From: Candidatus Kryptoniota bacterium
GTDB lineage: Bacteria; Bacteroidota; Ignavibacteria; Kryptoniales; JAKASW01
DNA: 64,000 bases
Direction: 5' to 3'
Assembly: GCA_046706745.1 (NCBI GenBank)
Contig: JBJKPC010000016.1
Span: forward strand, 95,561-159,560
The translations under genes were made by a program, and so were the position numbers. The notes under the pieces are model-generated. The model had not been told where the DNA came from and did no database searches. It saw only the letters and a program-made list of their open reading frames with translations. This document shows positions 1 through 8,922 of this stretch, one piece after another. The stretch's first letter is position 1, and the number at the start of each line of letters is the position of its first letter.

Positions 1-1
1 A

Positions 2-1162
2 TACATGCCTGCAAATGGCGGGAAGGTGTACCATGAACCGCCTGTCTACGGTACCGGTTCGGTTGAACTTCATATAGTCAATTCGCGGGATTTGAGAGCC
101 GTTGACGGCAACGTCTTCCAAATTACATTCGGGGATTCCACGTATACGTACACGCCACCGCAGCAACCCTTTTCTGTCACATACCTTCATAACACGGCTT
201 CATATACAATTGTCGACAAAACGACGGGAGATACGCTCGTCGATAAAGGGCCCGTAAGTGAAGAAACTCAGGCGACGCTGTTTGACGGCATGCGGCTGAG
301 TTTCCTTAACGATACCACCCAGCTGGCGGTGAGCGATTCCGCGTACGGATGGAATAGTGCGGGGTTGAAGAAAGCTTACCCGTTCACTGCGGGAGTGTAC
401 ACCAACGGCGGACAGATGCCCTCGCTGTACGACCCATCCGACTATCAGATCCAATTCAGTCCCACTGTTGTGGATACTTCGCTTGCCGTATCCCCATCCG
501 CCCTGCCTCCGTTCGGAATCCCCGCATACCCGGTTCATTTCAGGGTGAAGGATCTGTCAACAGGGCAGTACGCTAAGTTCGCATATGTCCCCGTCACTAA
601 TACCCTTTTGACTCCTCCCAGAAAGTATTATGTGATAATAATTGTCCCGAGCTTCACGAACGGGAATCCGAACTTCGGCTGGTACGTGAGGTTCGAAGGC
701 GACACCACTCTTCAACTCCCAACCAGCTCGAGTGCGAAATTCAATCTGCTGACCGAGAAACCTTTCAGGAGGGGGGATGTCTTCACCTTCACGGCACATG
801 CCGACTCCGTCAACAAGACTCTTGCTGAAAACCAACTCGGTCAGATCAGGGTCGTACCCAATCCCTATGTCGCGGCTACAACCCAGGAACAACCGCTTCC
901 GCCCGGTATTAACAGCGGCAGAGGGACAAGAAAGGTAACGTTCATAAACCTCCCTCCCAGGAGCACCATCTACATCTTCGACGCGGCAGGTCAGCTCGTC
1001 AGAGAACTGAGGATGCCCGCGACCCAGGATATTGGTAATGGTGCGGTCGACTGGGATCTCCGGACGAGCGACAATCTGTCGATTGCATACGGTGTCTACT
1101 TCTATCTCGTGGACGCTCCGGGGATCGGACAGAAATACGGCAAGCTTGCAATCATAAAGTAA
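2..1162 (+). CDS. Secreted/surface protein with its 5' end outside the window and a divergent T9SS/FlgD-Ig-like C-terminal sorting domain
   Basis: The reading frame is open to the window edge. The C-terminus reads IRVVPNPYV...VTFINLPPRSTIYIFDAAGQLVRELRM...GVYFYLVDA...GKLAIIK. It resembles the sorting domains of the other cargo here but has a ~20-aa insert after PNPY. No catalytic motif recognised. Confidence 0.6.
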   Translation, partial: YMPANGGKVYHEPPVYGTGSVELHIVNSRDLRAVDGNVFQITFGDSTYTYTPPQQPFSVTYLHNTASYTIVDKTTGDTLVDKGPVSEETQATLFDGMRLSFLNDTTQLAVSDSAYGWNSAGLKKAYPFTAGVYTNGGQMPSLYDPSDYQIQFSPTVVDTSLAVSPSALPPFGIPAYPVHFRVKDLSTGQYAKFAYVPVTNTLLTPPRKYYVIIIVPSFTNGNPNFGWYVRFEGDTTLQLPTSSSAKFNLLTEKPFRRGDVFTFTAHADSVNKTLAENQLGQIRVVPNPYVAATTQEQPLPPGINSGRGTRKVTFINLPPRSTIYIFDAAGQLVRELRMPATQDIGNGAVDWDLRTSDNLSIAYGVYFYLVDAPGIGQKYGKLAIIK

Positions 1163-2182
1163 ATGAGGCCGCAAATGAAATTGAAAGTTTTCGGGATAAT
1201 ACTTCTTCTGAGCACGGCCCAGGCGTTCTCACAGAACAAAGTAGGAACGACGGCGGCTCCGTTTCTAGGTATCGCCGCCGGCCCCCGGGCAGTCGGAATG
1301 GGCGGCGCCTTTACTGCCGTGGCAAACGATCCTTCCGCCCTTTACTGGAATCCGGCAGGCATTTCCAGGACAGGGAAGACGGCGTTTCTCCTGGAGCACA
1401 CAAATTATTTGGTCGGGACAAGCTTCAACTTCTTCGCAGGTGTGGTTGCGATCGATGAGAACGATGCGATAGGGTTAAGCGTGACCGATCTTGATTACGG
1501 GAGAAGCGAAGTGACCACTGTCTCCGAGCCGAACGGCACAGGTGAGACATGGAGCGCGAGCGACTGGGCGATCGGGCTTACTTACTCCAGGAACCTGACT
1601 GACAGATTCTCGATTGCCGGCACCGGCAAAATGATAATGCAAAACATCTGGAACGAATCCGCAACCGGTTTTGCAGTCGATGCAGGGGTGCTCTACATCA
1701 CCCCTTTCAACAATATGAAGATCGGCATGGATATCGCCAACTTCGGTACCGACATGAGGATGGGGGGAACAGACCTGCTTGTTTCGTACGACCCGGCTCC
1801 GTCCATGGCGGGGAACAACAAGAACATTCCGGCTGAGTACTACACCAATTCATATCCGCTCCCGCTTTTCTTCAGAGTCGGTCTGGCTATGGACGTGATT
1901 CATTCTCGCGAGAACCGCCTTACGCTTGCCGCCGATGCGATCCACCCCAGCAACGAAGTTCAGAGCATGAACGTAGGTGCCGAATACGCATGGGACAATC
2001 TCCTCTTCGTCAGGGCCGGTTACAAGTCGCTCTTTATTCCCAATAGTCAGGAAGGCCTGACTCTCGGCCTGGGAATCAGATACGAAATCAACATGCATCT
2101 CATCATCAAGCTGGACTACGGTTATGAGAATTTTGGCCTGCTCAAAAACCTCCAGGAATTTTCACTGTCGGTGGACCTGTGA
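1163..2182 (+). CDS. PorV/PorQ-family outer-membrane beta-barrel protein
   Basis: Signal peptide (MRPQ)MKLKVFGIILLLSTAQAFSQ. The N-terminal motif FLGIAAGPRAVGMGGAFTAVANDPSALYWNPAGI is, from memory, typical of PorV/PorQ (UPF0164-like) barrels. The sequence has an alternating beta-strand character. The ATG abuts the upstream stop (TAAATG). An alternative start is at 1175. Confidence 0.65.
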   Translation: MRPQMKLKVFGIILLLSTAQAFSQNKVGTTAAPFLGIAAGPRAVGMGGAFTAVANDPSALYWNPAGISRTGKTAFLLEHTNYLVGTSFNFFAGVVAIDENDAIGLSVTDLDYGRSEVTTVSEPNGTGETWSASDWAIGLTYSRNLTDRFSIAGTGKMIMQNIWNESATGFAVDAGVLYITPFNNMKIGMDIANFGTDMRMGGTDLLVSYDPAPSMAGNNKNIPAEYYTNSYPLPLFFRVGLAMDVIHSRENRLTLAADAIHPSNEVQSMNVGAEYAWDNLLFVRAGYKSLFIPNSQEGLTLGLGIRYEINMHLIIKLDYGYENFGLLKNLQEFSLSVDL

Positions 2183-2302
2183 CGATGAGATCTGTAATTA
2201 CACCAGAACCCGATTCTAACAGACCTATGTGCTGTGAAGCCAAAAGATTCAAAGGATGGAGCAATTCATCAAGAACAACAAACAACCCAAAGGAGGTACA
2301 AC

Positions 2303-3814
2303 ATGAGACACAAGGCTAAAGCATTGGGAATTACCATGCTTGTGATGCTGGCGAGTGTCCCACTTGCTTTCGCTCAGAACCCGGTTAAGTTCGAGGTGAA
2401 CATGAACTACCAGGTTCGCAGCGGACTGTTCAACATCTCGACCGACTCCGTCGCAGTCCGAGGCAGCTTCAACGGCTGGGGGACCACGTGGATGACCAAG
2501 GATGCTAACGACACGATCTACACCGCGGTCGACACCCTTGCGGATTCTCTGGTTGGAGACACGATTCAGTACAAGTTCTATTCTACGAATGCAAAGGGAG
2601 GATGGGAATCTACCGTGCTGAATCCGGTCGGCGGAAACCGGTGGTTCAAGCTCGCGTCTGGTGGACAAACTGTCGGTCCCTACTACTTCAACCAGGACAG
2701 CACGGTGGGAATGACGGTCAACGTCACTTTCTCGGTTAACATGTCCTTCATGGAACAAACCGGATACTTCCAGCCCGACAGCGGGGACGCAGTCTACCTG
2801 CGCGGAGACATCATACCCGGGGGCTGGGGACCTGGGACTAAGATGACGGAAAACCCCACAAATCCGGGGCATTATTCTGCCGTCGTTTCTCTTACGTCCA
2901 CTCCCGGAGACACCACCGGATATAAGTTCTTCATTCAGACGAACAGAGTCGTCCCTCCACTTCCGCCTAACGGCGGCTGGGAAGAGGGCCCTCACGGAGC
3001 CAACTATCCGTTTATTTTCCCGACTAAGGATGAGATCGTTCCTGAGCGGTTCTTCGACGGAATTACGGGAGTGCTGAAGACGCCTGTTACGGTAATTTTC
3101 TCAGTCAACATGAACCACGCCGTGAATGCAGTAACAGGATCGGTGTTCCCCTCGATCGACAGCGTCGTAATCGGCGGAAGTGAAGCGCCCCTCTCCTGGC
3201 TTTACGGCCAGACCTGGGCGGATTCAATGAAGTCTCTTCTCCTTTATGATGACGGGACACATGGTGATTTGAAAGCGGGCGACGGGATTTATTCCGGCAC
3301 CTTCACTTTCCCCAAAGGGTCGGTGAATAAGGTCTGGTTCATGTACAGCGCTTTCTATCATCCCGGCTATCCTGCCGGACCCATCCAGCAGAACGAGGAG
3401 AACACGCAGAACAACTTTGACAACCATCAGATGTTGCTCCCCGATTCGGCGGGTACGGCGCCTCTCAGGCTCACCACGAATATATTCGGTAACTATCTGG
3501 ATACTACCACGGTCCTTACAGGGATCAAATCCCTGCATGACCCGCTTCCGCAAAGCTTCGCTCTCGACCAGAACTATCCTAATCCGTTCAACCCGACCAC
3601 TATGATCAGGTATGCTATCCCGAGGAATAGTCAGGTCACGTTGAACGTTTACAACGTCCTCGGCGAGAAGGTGGCGACCCTATTCAGCGGAATGCAAAGG
3701 GCCGGTTCGTATGAAGTCAATTTCGATGCTTCGAGATACGCCAGCGGCGTCTATTTCTACAGGCTGCAGGCAGGAAACTTCTCGAGCATCAAGAAAATGA
3801 TGTTGCTGAAGTAA
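2303..3814 (+). CDS. Secreted protein with three CBM20/CBM48-like (starch-binding-type) modules and a T9SS type-A C-terminal domain
   Basis: AAAGGAGGT Shine-Dalgarno site before ATG 2303; the upstream GTG at 2234 has none. Signal peptide MRHKAKALGITMLVMLASVPLAFAQ. Three repeats follow the pattern V.F.VNM....D.V.VRG.FNGWG....M......Y...YKF. The C-terminus reads DQNYPNPFNPTTMIRY...GVYFYRLQAGNFSSIKKMMLLK. Confidence 0.6.
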   Translation: MRHKAKALGITMLVMLASVPLAFAQNPVKFEVNMNYQVRSGLFNISTDSVAVRGSFNGWGTTWMTKDANDTIYTAVDTLADSLVGDTIQYKFYSTNAKGGWESTVLNPVGGNRWFKLASGGQTVGPYYFNQDSTVGMTVNVTFSVNMSFMEQTGYFQPDSGDAVYLRGDIIPGGWGPGTKMTENPTNPGHYSAVVSLTSTPGDTTGYKFFIQTNRVVPPLPPNGGWEEGPHGANYPFIFPTKDEIVPERFFDGITGVLKTPVTVIFSVNMNHAVNAVTGSVFPSIDSVVIGGSEAPLSWLYGQTWADSMKSLLLYDDGTHGDLKAGDGIYSGTFTFPKGSVNKVWFMYSAFYHPGYPAGPIQQNEENTQNNFDNHQMLLPDSAGTAPLRLTTNIFGNYLDTTTVLTGIKSLHDPLPQSFALDQNYPNPFNPTTMIRYAIPRNSQVTLNVYNVLGEKVATLFSGMQRAGSYEVNFDASRYASGVYFYRLQAGNFSSIKKMMLLK

Positions 3815-3863
3815 CGCCATTCGGTTCTAGAAGCTGGCATCTGGCCGAAGACGTTATGGAACT

Positions 3864-3900
3864 GCAGGTCCGACCTCCGGGCCGGACCTGCCTTTGTTTT
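3864..3900 (+). terminator. Rho-independent terminator
   Basis: A 9-bp stem GCAGGTCCG (3864-3872) / CGGACCTGC (3883-3891) is followed by CTTTGTTTT. Confidence 0.7.
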
Positions 3901-3992
3901 CATTCGAATAAGTAAAATGTCTTCCTGCCTCCGGAACAGCCGGCGCAGTACCTTAACGGTAACCCTTTAGTTGCCGACGACCTTGAGGATAG

Positions 3993-6113
3993 ATGAAACT
4001 CGTTTTGAAGACGTTCGATGCTAAGGTGATTTCTCCGAAATTGTATAAGGTATTTCTCGTTTTGCTCATTGCTTCGATTCAGGCGTTTGCCGTTCCCGCG
4101 GCGGCACAACGGTCGCACTACACAGGCACTCAAGAGGGGAGCTGGTTCCGATCACTCTCGACCGATAGGGCACGATATGACCCGCTGGCAACGGCAAAGT
4201 TTACTGCCGTCTTCAGGCAGAACGCCGCCGGAACTGAATTGGAAATCGTGTACGAACAACTCGATAGTGTCGTGGGCACTGATACAGTCCAGGTGCAGAA
4301 TGCCGACAGCGTGTCGTGGCTCTGGCGGGTTCCCGGCCGGGACTACACAGGTTACCTGGCTGAAGTATATCTACTCAACGCCGGTACACTTCTCGACTAC
4401 TCCGACATTGCGCTGGATGTTTCCTCAAGCTGGAGCAGGTTTCCCAGGTACGGATTCCTTTCGAGCTATCCTTATATGTCCGAAAGGTCGATAGACAGTA
4501 CCATATCTGAACTTAACCGCTATCACATAAACGGCCTGCAATTCTACGATTGGCAGTACAAACACAACGAGCCGCTGGCAGGAACGGTTCAGGATCCGAG
4601 TCCGACCTGGCATGACATTGCAAACCGCACCAACTACCTGTCGACAGTAGAAGGGTACATAAACGCCGCTCACAGCAGGGGAATGACTGCAATGAATTAT
4701 AACCTCCTGTACGGGGCCTACGCTAACGCGTACCAGGACGGGGTGAACGATTCGTGGAGCCTTTATGAAGATCCCAACCATCAGACGCGGGATTTCTACC
4801 AACTGCCGAGCGGATGGGCCAGCAACCTGTATATAATGGATCCCGGTAATAATGATTGGCGAGATTACATCTTTGCACAGGAACGAAAAGTGTTTCTTGC
4901 TCTCCATTTCGACGGCTGGCACGTAGACCAGCTTGGGTATCTGGGCTCCGTCTGGAATTATGCCGGAGAGGCCGTCGATCCTTCAAGTGACTTCCAATCT
5001 TTTCTGACCCAGGCGAAATTGCAGTTGAACGTGGATCTGGTCATGAACGCGGTGGGCCAGTACGGTCAGTCAGAAATTGCGCGCGCTCCGGTAGACTTCC
5101 TTTACACTGAGGTCTGGGACCCGGACAGCACTTACGGGGATCTTGTCGATATCATAAACCAGAATTCAAGTTACAGCGAGAACAGACTGCACACCGTTCT
5201 GGCGGCATACATGGATTATAACAAGTCGGGAGGCGATTTCAATACCCCGGGGGTACTATTGACGGATGCGGTGATATTTGCAGCGGGCGGCGACCACCTC
5301 GAACTCGGAGAACACATGCTATCGAGTGAATACTTCCCGACCGACAAACTTGAGATGACCGATTCGCTCCGCCAGGATCTCGTCCACTATTATGATTTCA
5401 TGGTCGCTTATGAGAATCTTCTCAGGGATGGGGAAAGAGGCGCTTCCATACCCCTTTCTGGCGAAACAAGTTCAGGCTCTCTTAACCTTTCAAGCCGTCC
5501 GACCCGGGGGAGTGTGTGGAGCGACGTTACGATGAAGAATGGATTGATGATTCTGAATATGATCAACTTCACCAGGGCAAACTCGATGGCATGGCGGGAC
5601 AAGTATGGTACTCAGACTACACCGGATACGCTCACGGGTATCAATATGTCTTTTACTTCGGGGACCAAGATCAGGAAAATTTGGGAAGCCTCGCCGGATT
5701 TTTACGAAGGCTCGCCTGTCGATCTTGCTTTCACACAGACAGGCACCCAGGTGTCTTTCACAATTCCGAAATTGCTTTACTGGAATACAGTAGTTGTCGA
5801 GCTCGACACTAGTGTCACTGCGGCCAAAGGGGAAAGCAACGGTTTACCGACAAATTTTCTACTCATGCAAAATTACCCCAACCCGTTCAATCCCGCCACG
5901 GTTATCAGTTATCAGCTGGCGAAACCCGGTCACGTTACTCTCCGCGTCTACGACGCCCTTGGCAGAGTGGTCGCTACTCTCGTCGACCGTCGGCAGGGGC
6001 CGGGCAAATACGATGTGACTTTCAACGGCGGCAGGTTTCCGAGCGGCGTTTATTTGTACAGGCTGGATGCCGGCAATCATTCGGCGATGAAAAAGATGAT
6101 GCTGGTCAAATGA
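3993..6113 (+). CDS. Glycoside hydrolase family 66-like (dextranase / cycloisomaltooligosaccharide glucanotransferase family) with a T9SS C-terminal domain
   Basis: Signal peptide. The segment RFPRYGFLSSYP...ISELNRYHINGLQFYDWQYKHNEPL...AAHSRGMTAMNYNLLYGA...FDGWHVDQLG matches my recollection of GH66 core motifs. The C-terminus reads MQNYPNPFNPATVISY...GVYLYRLDAGNHSAMKKMMLVK. GAGGA Shine-Dalgarno site before the ATG. Confidence 0.6.
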   Translation: MKLVLKTFDAKVISPKLYKVFLVLLIASIQAFAVPAAAQRSHYTGTQEGSWFRSLSTDRARYDPLATAKFTAVFRQNAAGTELEIVYEQLDSVVGTDTVQVQNADSVSWLWRVPGRDYTGYLAEVYLLNAGTLLDYSDIALDVSSSWSRFPRYGFLSSYPYMSERSIDSTISELNRYHINGLQFYDWQYKHNEPLAGTVQDPSPTWHDIANRTNYLSTVEGYINAAHSRGMTAMNYNLLYGAYANAYQDGVNDSWSLYEDPNHQTRDFYQLPSGWASNLYIMDPGNNDWRDYIFAQERKVFLALHFDGWHVDQLGYLGSVWNYAGEAVDPSSDFQSFLTQAKLQLNVDLVMNAVGQYGQSEIARAPVDFLYTEVWDPDSTYGDLVDIINQNSSYSENRLHTVLAAYMDYNKSGGDFNTPGVLLTDAVIFAAGGDHLELGEHMLSSEYFPTDKLEMTDSLRQDLVHYYDFMVAYENLLRDGERGASIPLSGETSSGSLNLSSRPTRGSVWSDVTMKNGLMILNMINFTRANSMAWRDKYGTQTTPDTLTGINMSFTSGTKIRKIWEASPDFYEGSPVDLAFTQTGTQVSFTIPKLLYWNTVVVELDTSVTAAKGESNGLPTNFLLMQNYPNPFNPATVISYQLAKPGHVTLRVYDALGRVVATLVDRRQGPGKYDVTFNGGRFPSGVYLYRLDAGNHSAMKKMMLVK

Positions 6114-8812
6114 GATCCACTTGCGGACAACTTCTCCTTGTGACTTTTGCGATCCTCTCATTGTGTGCCGATGCGTTTGCAGGTGCTGCCGGGGCATCCA
6201 TAACGACAAACGGGCAGGTCGATGTTGTAGTAGCCAGCGGCAAAACCATTTACATCGGGGGAAATTTCAGCTTCGTAAGTCCGGTGACGGGGGGCTTTGC
6301 AGGAATAGATTCCGCTTCAGGATACATTCCCGAGGTGCGGGTGAAAGGTACGGTCAGAGAAATCTGTCCCGACAGTTCCGGCGGGTTTTTCATCGGCGGA
6401 CTGTTTACCGTCCCCGGCGACCAGGGGATCGCTAATTTTGCACATATACTGGCAAACGGTACGCTCGACCCGCAATGGGTCGTGAAGACCGACGGGCAGG
6501 TCAACGCCATTGCCGTCTCCAGAAGCATGGTCTATTTAGGCGGCAGTTTTACCCAGGTCGATGGAAAGCCGGATACAAACCTCGCCGCCTTCAATCGCTC
6601 CGCGTCATCTCTCATAAGTTGGAATCTGAATACGGACGGTTCGGTAAGTGCCTTGCTCTATTCGTCCGGCTATGTTTACATCGGTGGGACTTTCACCCAC
6701 GTGGGCCCGGCCGACATAAACAACCTGGCGAGACTGGACGATACGACGGGTGCCGTCACAACATGGCAGCCGAATCCCGACGGCTCGGTATACTGCCTGG
6801 CGGCGTCCGGGAACACTGTGTACATCGGTGGTAACTTCGCGAACGTCGGTTCGGCTTCTCGATATTGCCTGGCTGCCGTTAACAAGTACACAGGCATAGC
6901 GACTGCATGGAATCCCTCTCCCGGCAGTTACGTGTTTGCGATCAGGATAAGCGGCGCGCTGGCTTACGTAGGCGGCTTTTTCAATACGATCGGCGGGCAG
7001 TCCCGGAGCGGTTTGGCGGCGGTAGATACCTCAACCGGGAATGTGACTAGCTGGAATCCGGACCCGGCGGGCTACGTCATGGCGCTGACCATATCGGGGA
7101 ATACGGCTTACATCGGCGGAAACTTTACCAAAGTGGGAAGCACGGTCAGGGATTATGTTGCGGCTGTCAGCCTCACAACCGGGACGCCTGTCTCGACATG
7201 GAATCCGGGGACAGATGGAATTGTCTATTCACTGGTCTCAAGCGGTGATTCAGTATATGCCGGCGGTGCTTTCACTACCATGAGCGGTCAGGCAAGGAAT
7301 AATCTTGCGGCAATCGATGCACAGACGGGAGTCCTCACAAGCTGGAACCCCGACCCGAACGGCGCAGTATCTGCAATAGTCGCCGGGGCGGGACAGGTAT
7401 ACATCGGAGGGAATTTTACCACCGTCGGAGGACAATCAAGAAGCTATATCGCGGCAGTCGACGACAGCACCGGAGCGCCGACATCATGGTCGCCCGATCC
7501 GAATAGCAGCGTGAACTCAATCGCTCTCTCCGGCGATGTAGTATATGTCTCCGGTGGATTCACTTCGATAGGCGGTGCATCGCGCAATTTTGTGGCGGCG
7601 ATTGACCGGTGGACAGGTCTCGCGACAGACTGGAATCCCGGTCCCGACAATCTCGTGGAAACTGTTGTACCCGCCGCGAATGCGGTGTATCTCGGCGGGT
7701 TCTTCGACAAGGTCGGTGATAGCCTGCGCACGAACATTGCGGCAGTCAACCCGAATACGGGCATGGTCACGAATTGGGATCCCGGCGCTGACGACTTCGT
7801 CGATGCCATAGTTGTTTCGAATGGCGTCGTGTACGCCGGAGGGGGATTCACACACATCGGTGGAAGTGCGAGGAATTACGTCGCGGCCCTCGACTCTTCT
7901 GAGGGAACGGCGACGGCGTGGAACCCGGCCGCCGATGCTGCCGTGTACTCGCTTGCTGCCAGCGGCGATGTTGTATACGCCGGAGGATATTTTTCCCACA
8001 TCGGCGGGATTGCGTCTGAAGGCGTCGCAGCTCTCAACACGATCACCGGTGCGGCTGATGTCTGGAGTCCCGGTGTCAACTCCGATGTCCAATCGATAGG
8101 GCTTTCGTATTACGATCATAAGGTTTATGTCGGCGGGAATTTCACTTCCGTCGCGGGAATTCAGCAAAGCTATTTCGGCGGGATACAAAACCCCGGCGAT
8201 CAGGCTCTTGCAAATCCGCCTGTGTTTGAGATAGGCACGCACAAGCTGACTTTCGGAACCATACCTTCAAACGAAATATCTTCCGACAGCGTTGTCGTGA
8301 AGAACACCGGCGGCGGGCCGCTGGCAATTTCTGCGGTGATACCGTCAGATAGTGTTTTTGTTGTGAGTCCGGCGATCGCTGAAATAGCTGCGGGCGACAG
8401 CGCCAGATTTACGGTCTACCTCGAAAGAAATTCGGTCGGCGATCATAACGGTTTCCTCTATTTCCTACATGACGGGGTGCGAACACTCGATTCAGTTGCA
8501 GTGGATGCCTCCGTTATTCAATCTGTATCGGGTAATCCCAGCATACCGTTGAAGTTTGAACTGGACCAAAACTATCCGAACCCGTTCAATCCGACAACGG
8601 TTGTCAGGTTCGAAGTTCGGAATGCCGGGTTCGTAAATCTGAAGGTTTATGACGTTTTGGGAAGACTGGTGAAGACATTGGTCAACAGAGTCGAGTCGCC
8701 TGGGAGTCATAACGTGATTTTTGACGGTGCCGGTCTTCCGAGCGGAATTTATTTCTACAAGCTTTCAGCGGGAGGCTTCGTTTCGGTGAAGAAGATGCTT
8801 CTCCTGAAATAG
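6110..8812 (+). CDS. Secreted 14-blade beta-propeller repeat protein (DUF5122/delta-60-like repeats), choice-of-anchor-D/ASH-like Ig domain, T9SS C-terminal domain
   Basis: The ATG overlaps the GH66 stop (ATGA at 6110-6113). There are fourteen units of the type G..VY.GG.FT.VGG..R..LAAVD..TG..T.WNP..DG.V.AL. These are followed by L.FG.....S....V.V.N.GGGPL.IS (choice-of-anchor-D-like). The C-terminus reads DQNYPNPFNPTTVVRF...GIYFYKLSAGGFVSVKKMLLLK. Confidence 0.7.
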   Translation: MRSTCGQLLLVTFAILSLCADAFAGAAGASITTNGQVDVVVASGKTIYIGGNFSFVSPVTGGFAGIDSASGYIPEVRVKGTVREICPDSSGGFFIGGLFTVPGDQGIANFAHILANGTLDPQWVVKTDGQVNAIAVSRSMVYLGGSFTQVDGKPDTNLAAFNRSASSLISWNLNTDGSVSALLYSSGYVYIGGTFTHVGPADINNLARLDDTTGAVTTWQPNPDGSVYCLAASGNTVYIGGNFANVGSASRYCLAAVNKYTGIATAWNPSPGSYVFAIRISGALAYVGGFFNTIGGQSRSGLAAVDTSTGNVTSWNPDPAGYVMALTISGNTAYIGGNFTKVGSTVRDYVAAVSLTTGTPVSTWNPGTDGIVYSLVSSGDSVYAGGAFTTMSGQARNNLAAIDAQTGVLTSWNPDPNGAVSAIVAGAGQVYIGGNFTTVGGQSRSYIAAVDDSTGAPTSWSPDPNSSVNSIALSGDVVYVSGGFTSIGGASRNFVAAIDRWTGLATDWNPGPDNLVETVVPAANAVYLGGFFDKVGDSLRTNIAAVNPNTGMVTNWDPGADDFVDAIVVSNGVVYAGGGFTHIGGSARNYVAALDSSEGTATAWNPAADAAVYSLAASGDVVYAGGYFSHIGGIASEGVAALNTITGAADVWSPGVNSDVQSIGLSYYDHKVYVGGNFTSVAGIQQSYFGGIQNPGDQALANPPVFEIGTHKLTFGTIPSNEISSDSVVVKNTGGGPLAISAVIPSDSVFVVSPAIAEIAAGDSARFTVYLERNSVGDHNGFLYFLHDGVRTLDSVAVDASVIQSVSGNPSIPLKFELDQNYPNPFNPTTVVRFEVRNAGFVNLKVYDVLGRLVKTLVNRVESPGSHNVIFDGAGLPSGIYFYKLSAGGFVSVKKMLLLK
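6230..8190 (+). repeat. Fourteen tandem ~47-50-codon blade repeats inside the CDS
   Basis: The Y(I/V/A/L)GG.F cores were counted in the translation: YIGGNFSFV, FIGGLFTVP, YLGGSFTQV, YIGGTFTHV, YIGGNFANV, YVGGFFNTI, YIGGNFTKV. They continue with YAGGAFTTM, YIGGNFTTV, YVSGGFTSI, YLGGFFDKV, YAGGGFTHI, YAGGYFSHI, YVGGNFTSV. Confidence 0.75.
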
Positions 8813-8922
8813 TAAGACTAAGAATGGAATGTTGGAATTCTGGAATAATGCAATCTCGGATCAATAGAATCTTGAAAGAACAAGTTGAACTGCCATCCGG
8901 TGTTAGTGAATTCGGCACCGCC

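Noticed and set aside
2234-2302. The GTG start at 2234 for the CBM-repeat protein.
   Set aside because: ATG 2303 is preceded by AAAGGAGGT at proper spacing and yields a normal signal peptide. The 23-aa extension is hydrophilic and lacks a ribosome-binding site.
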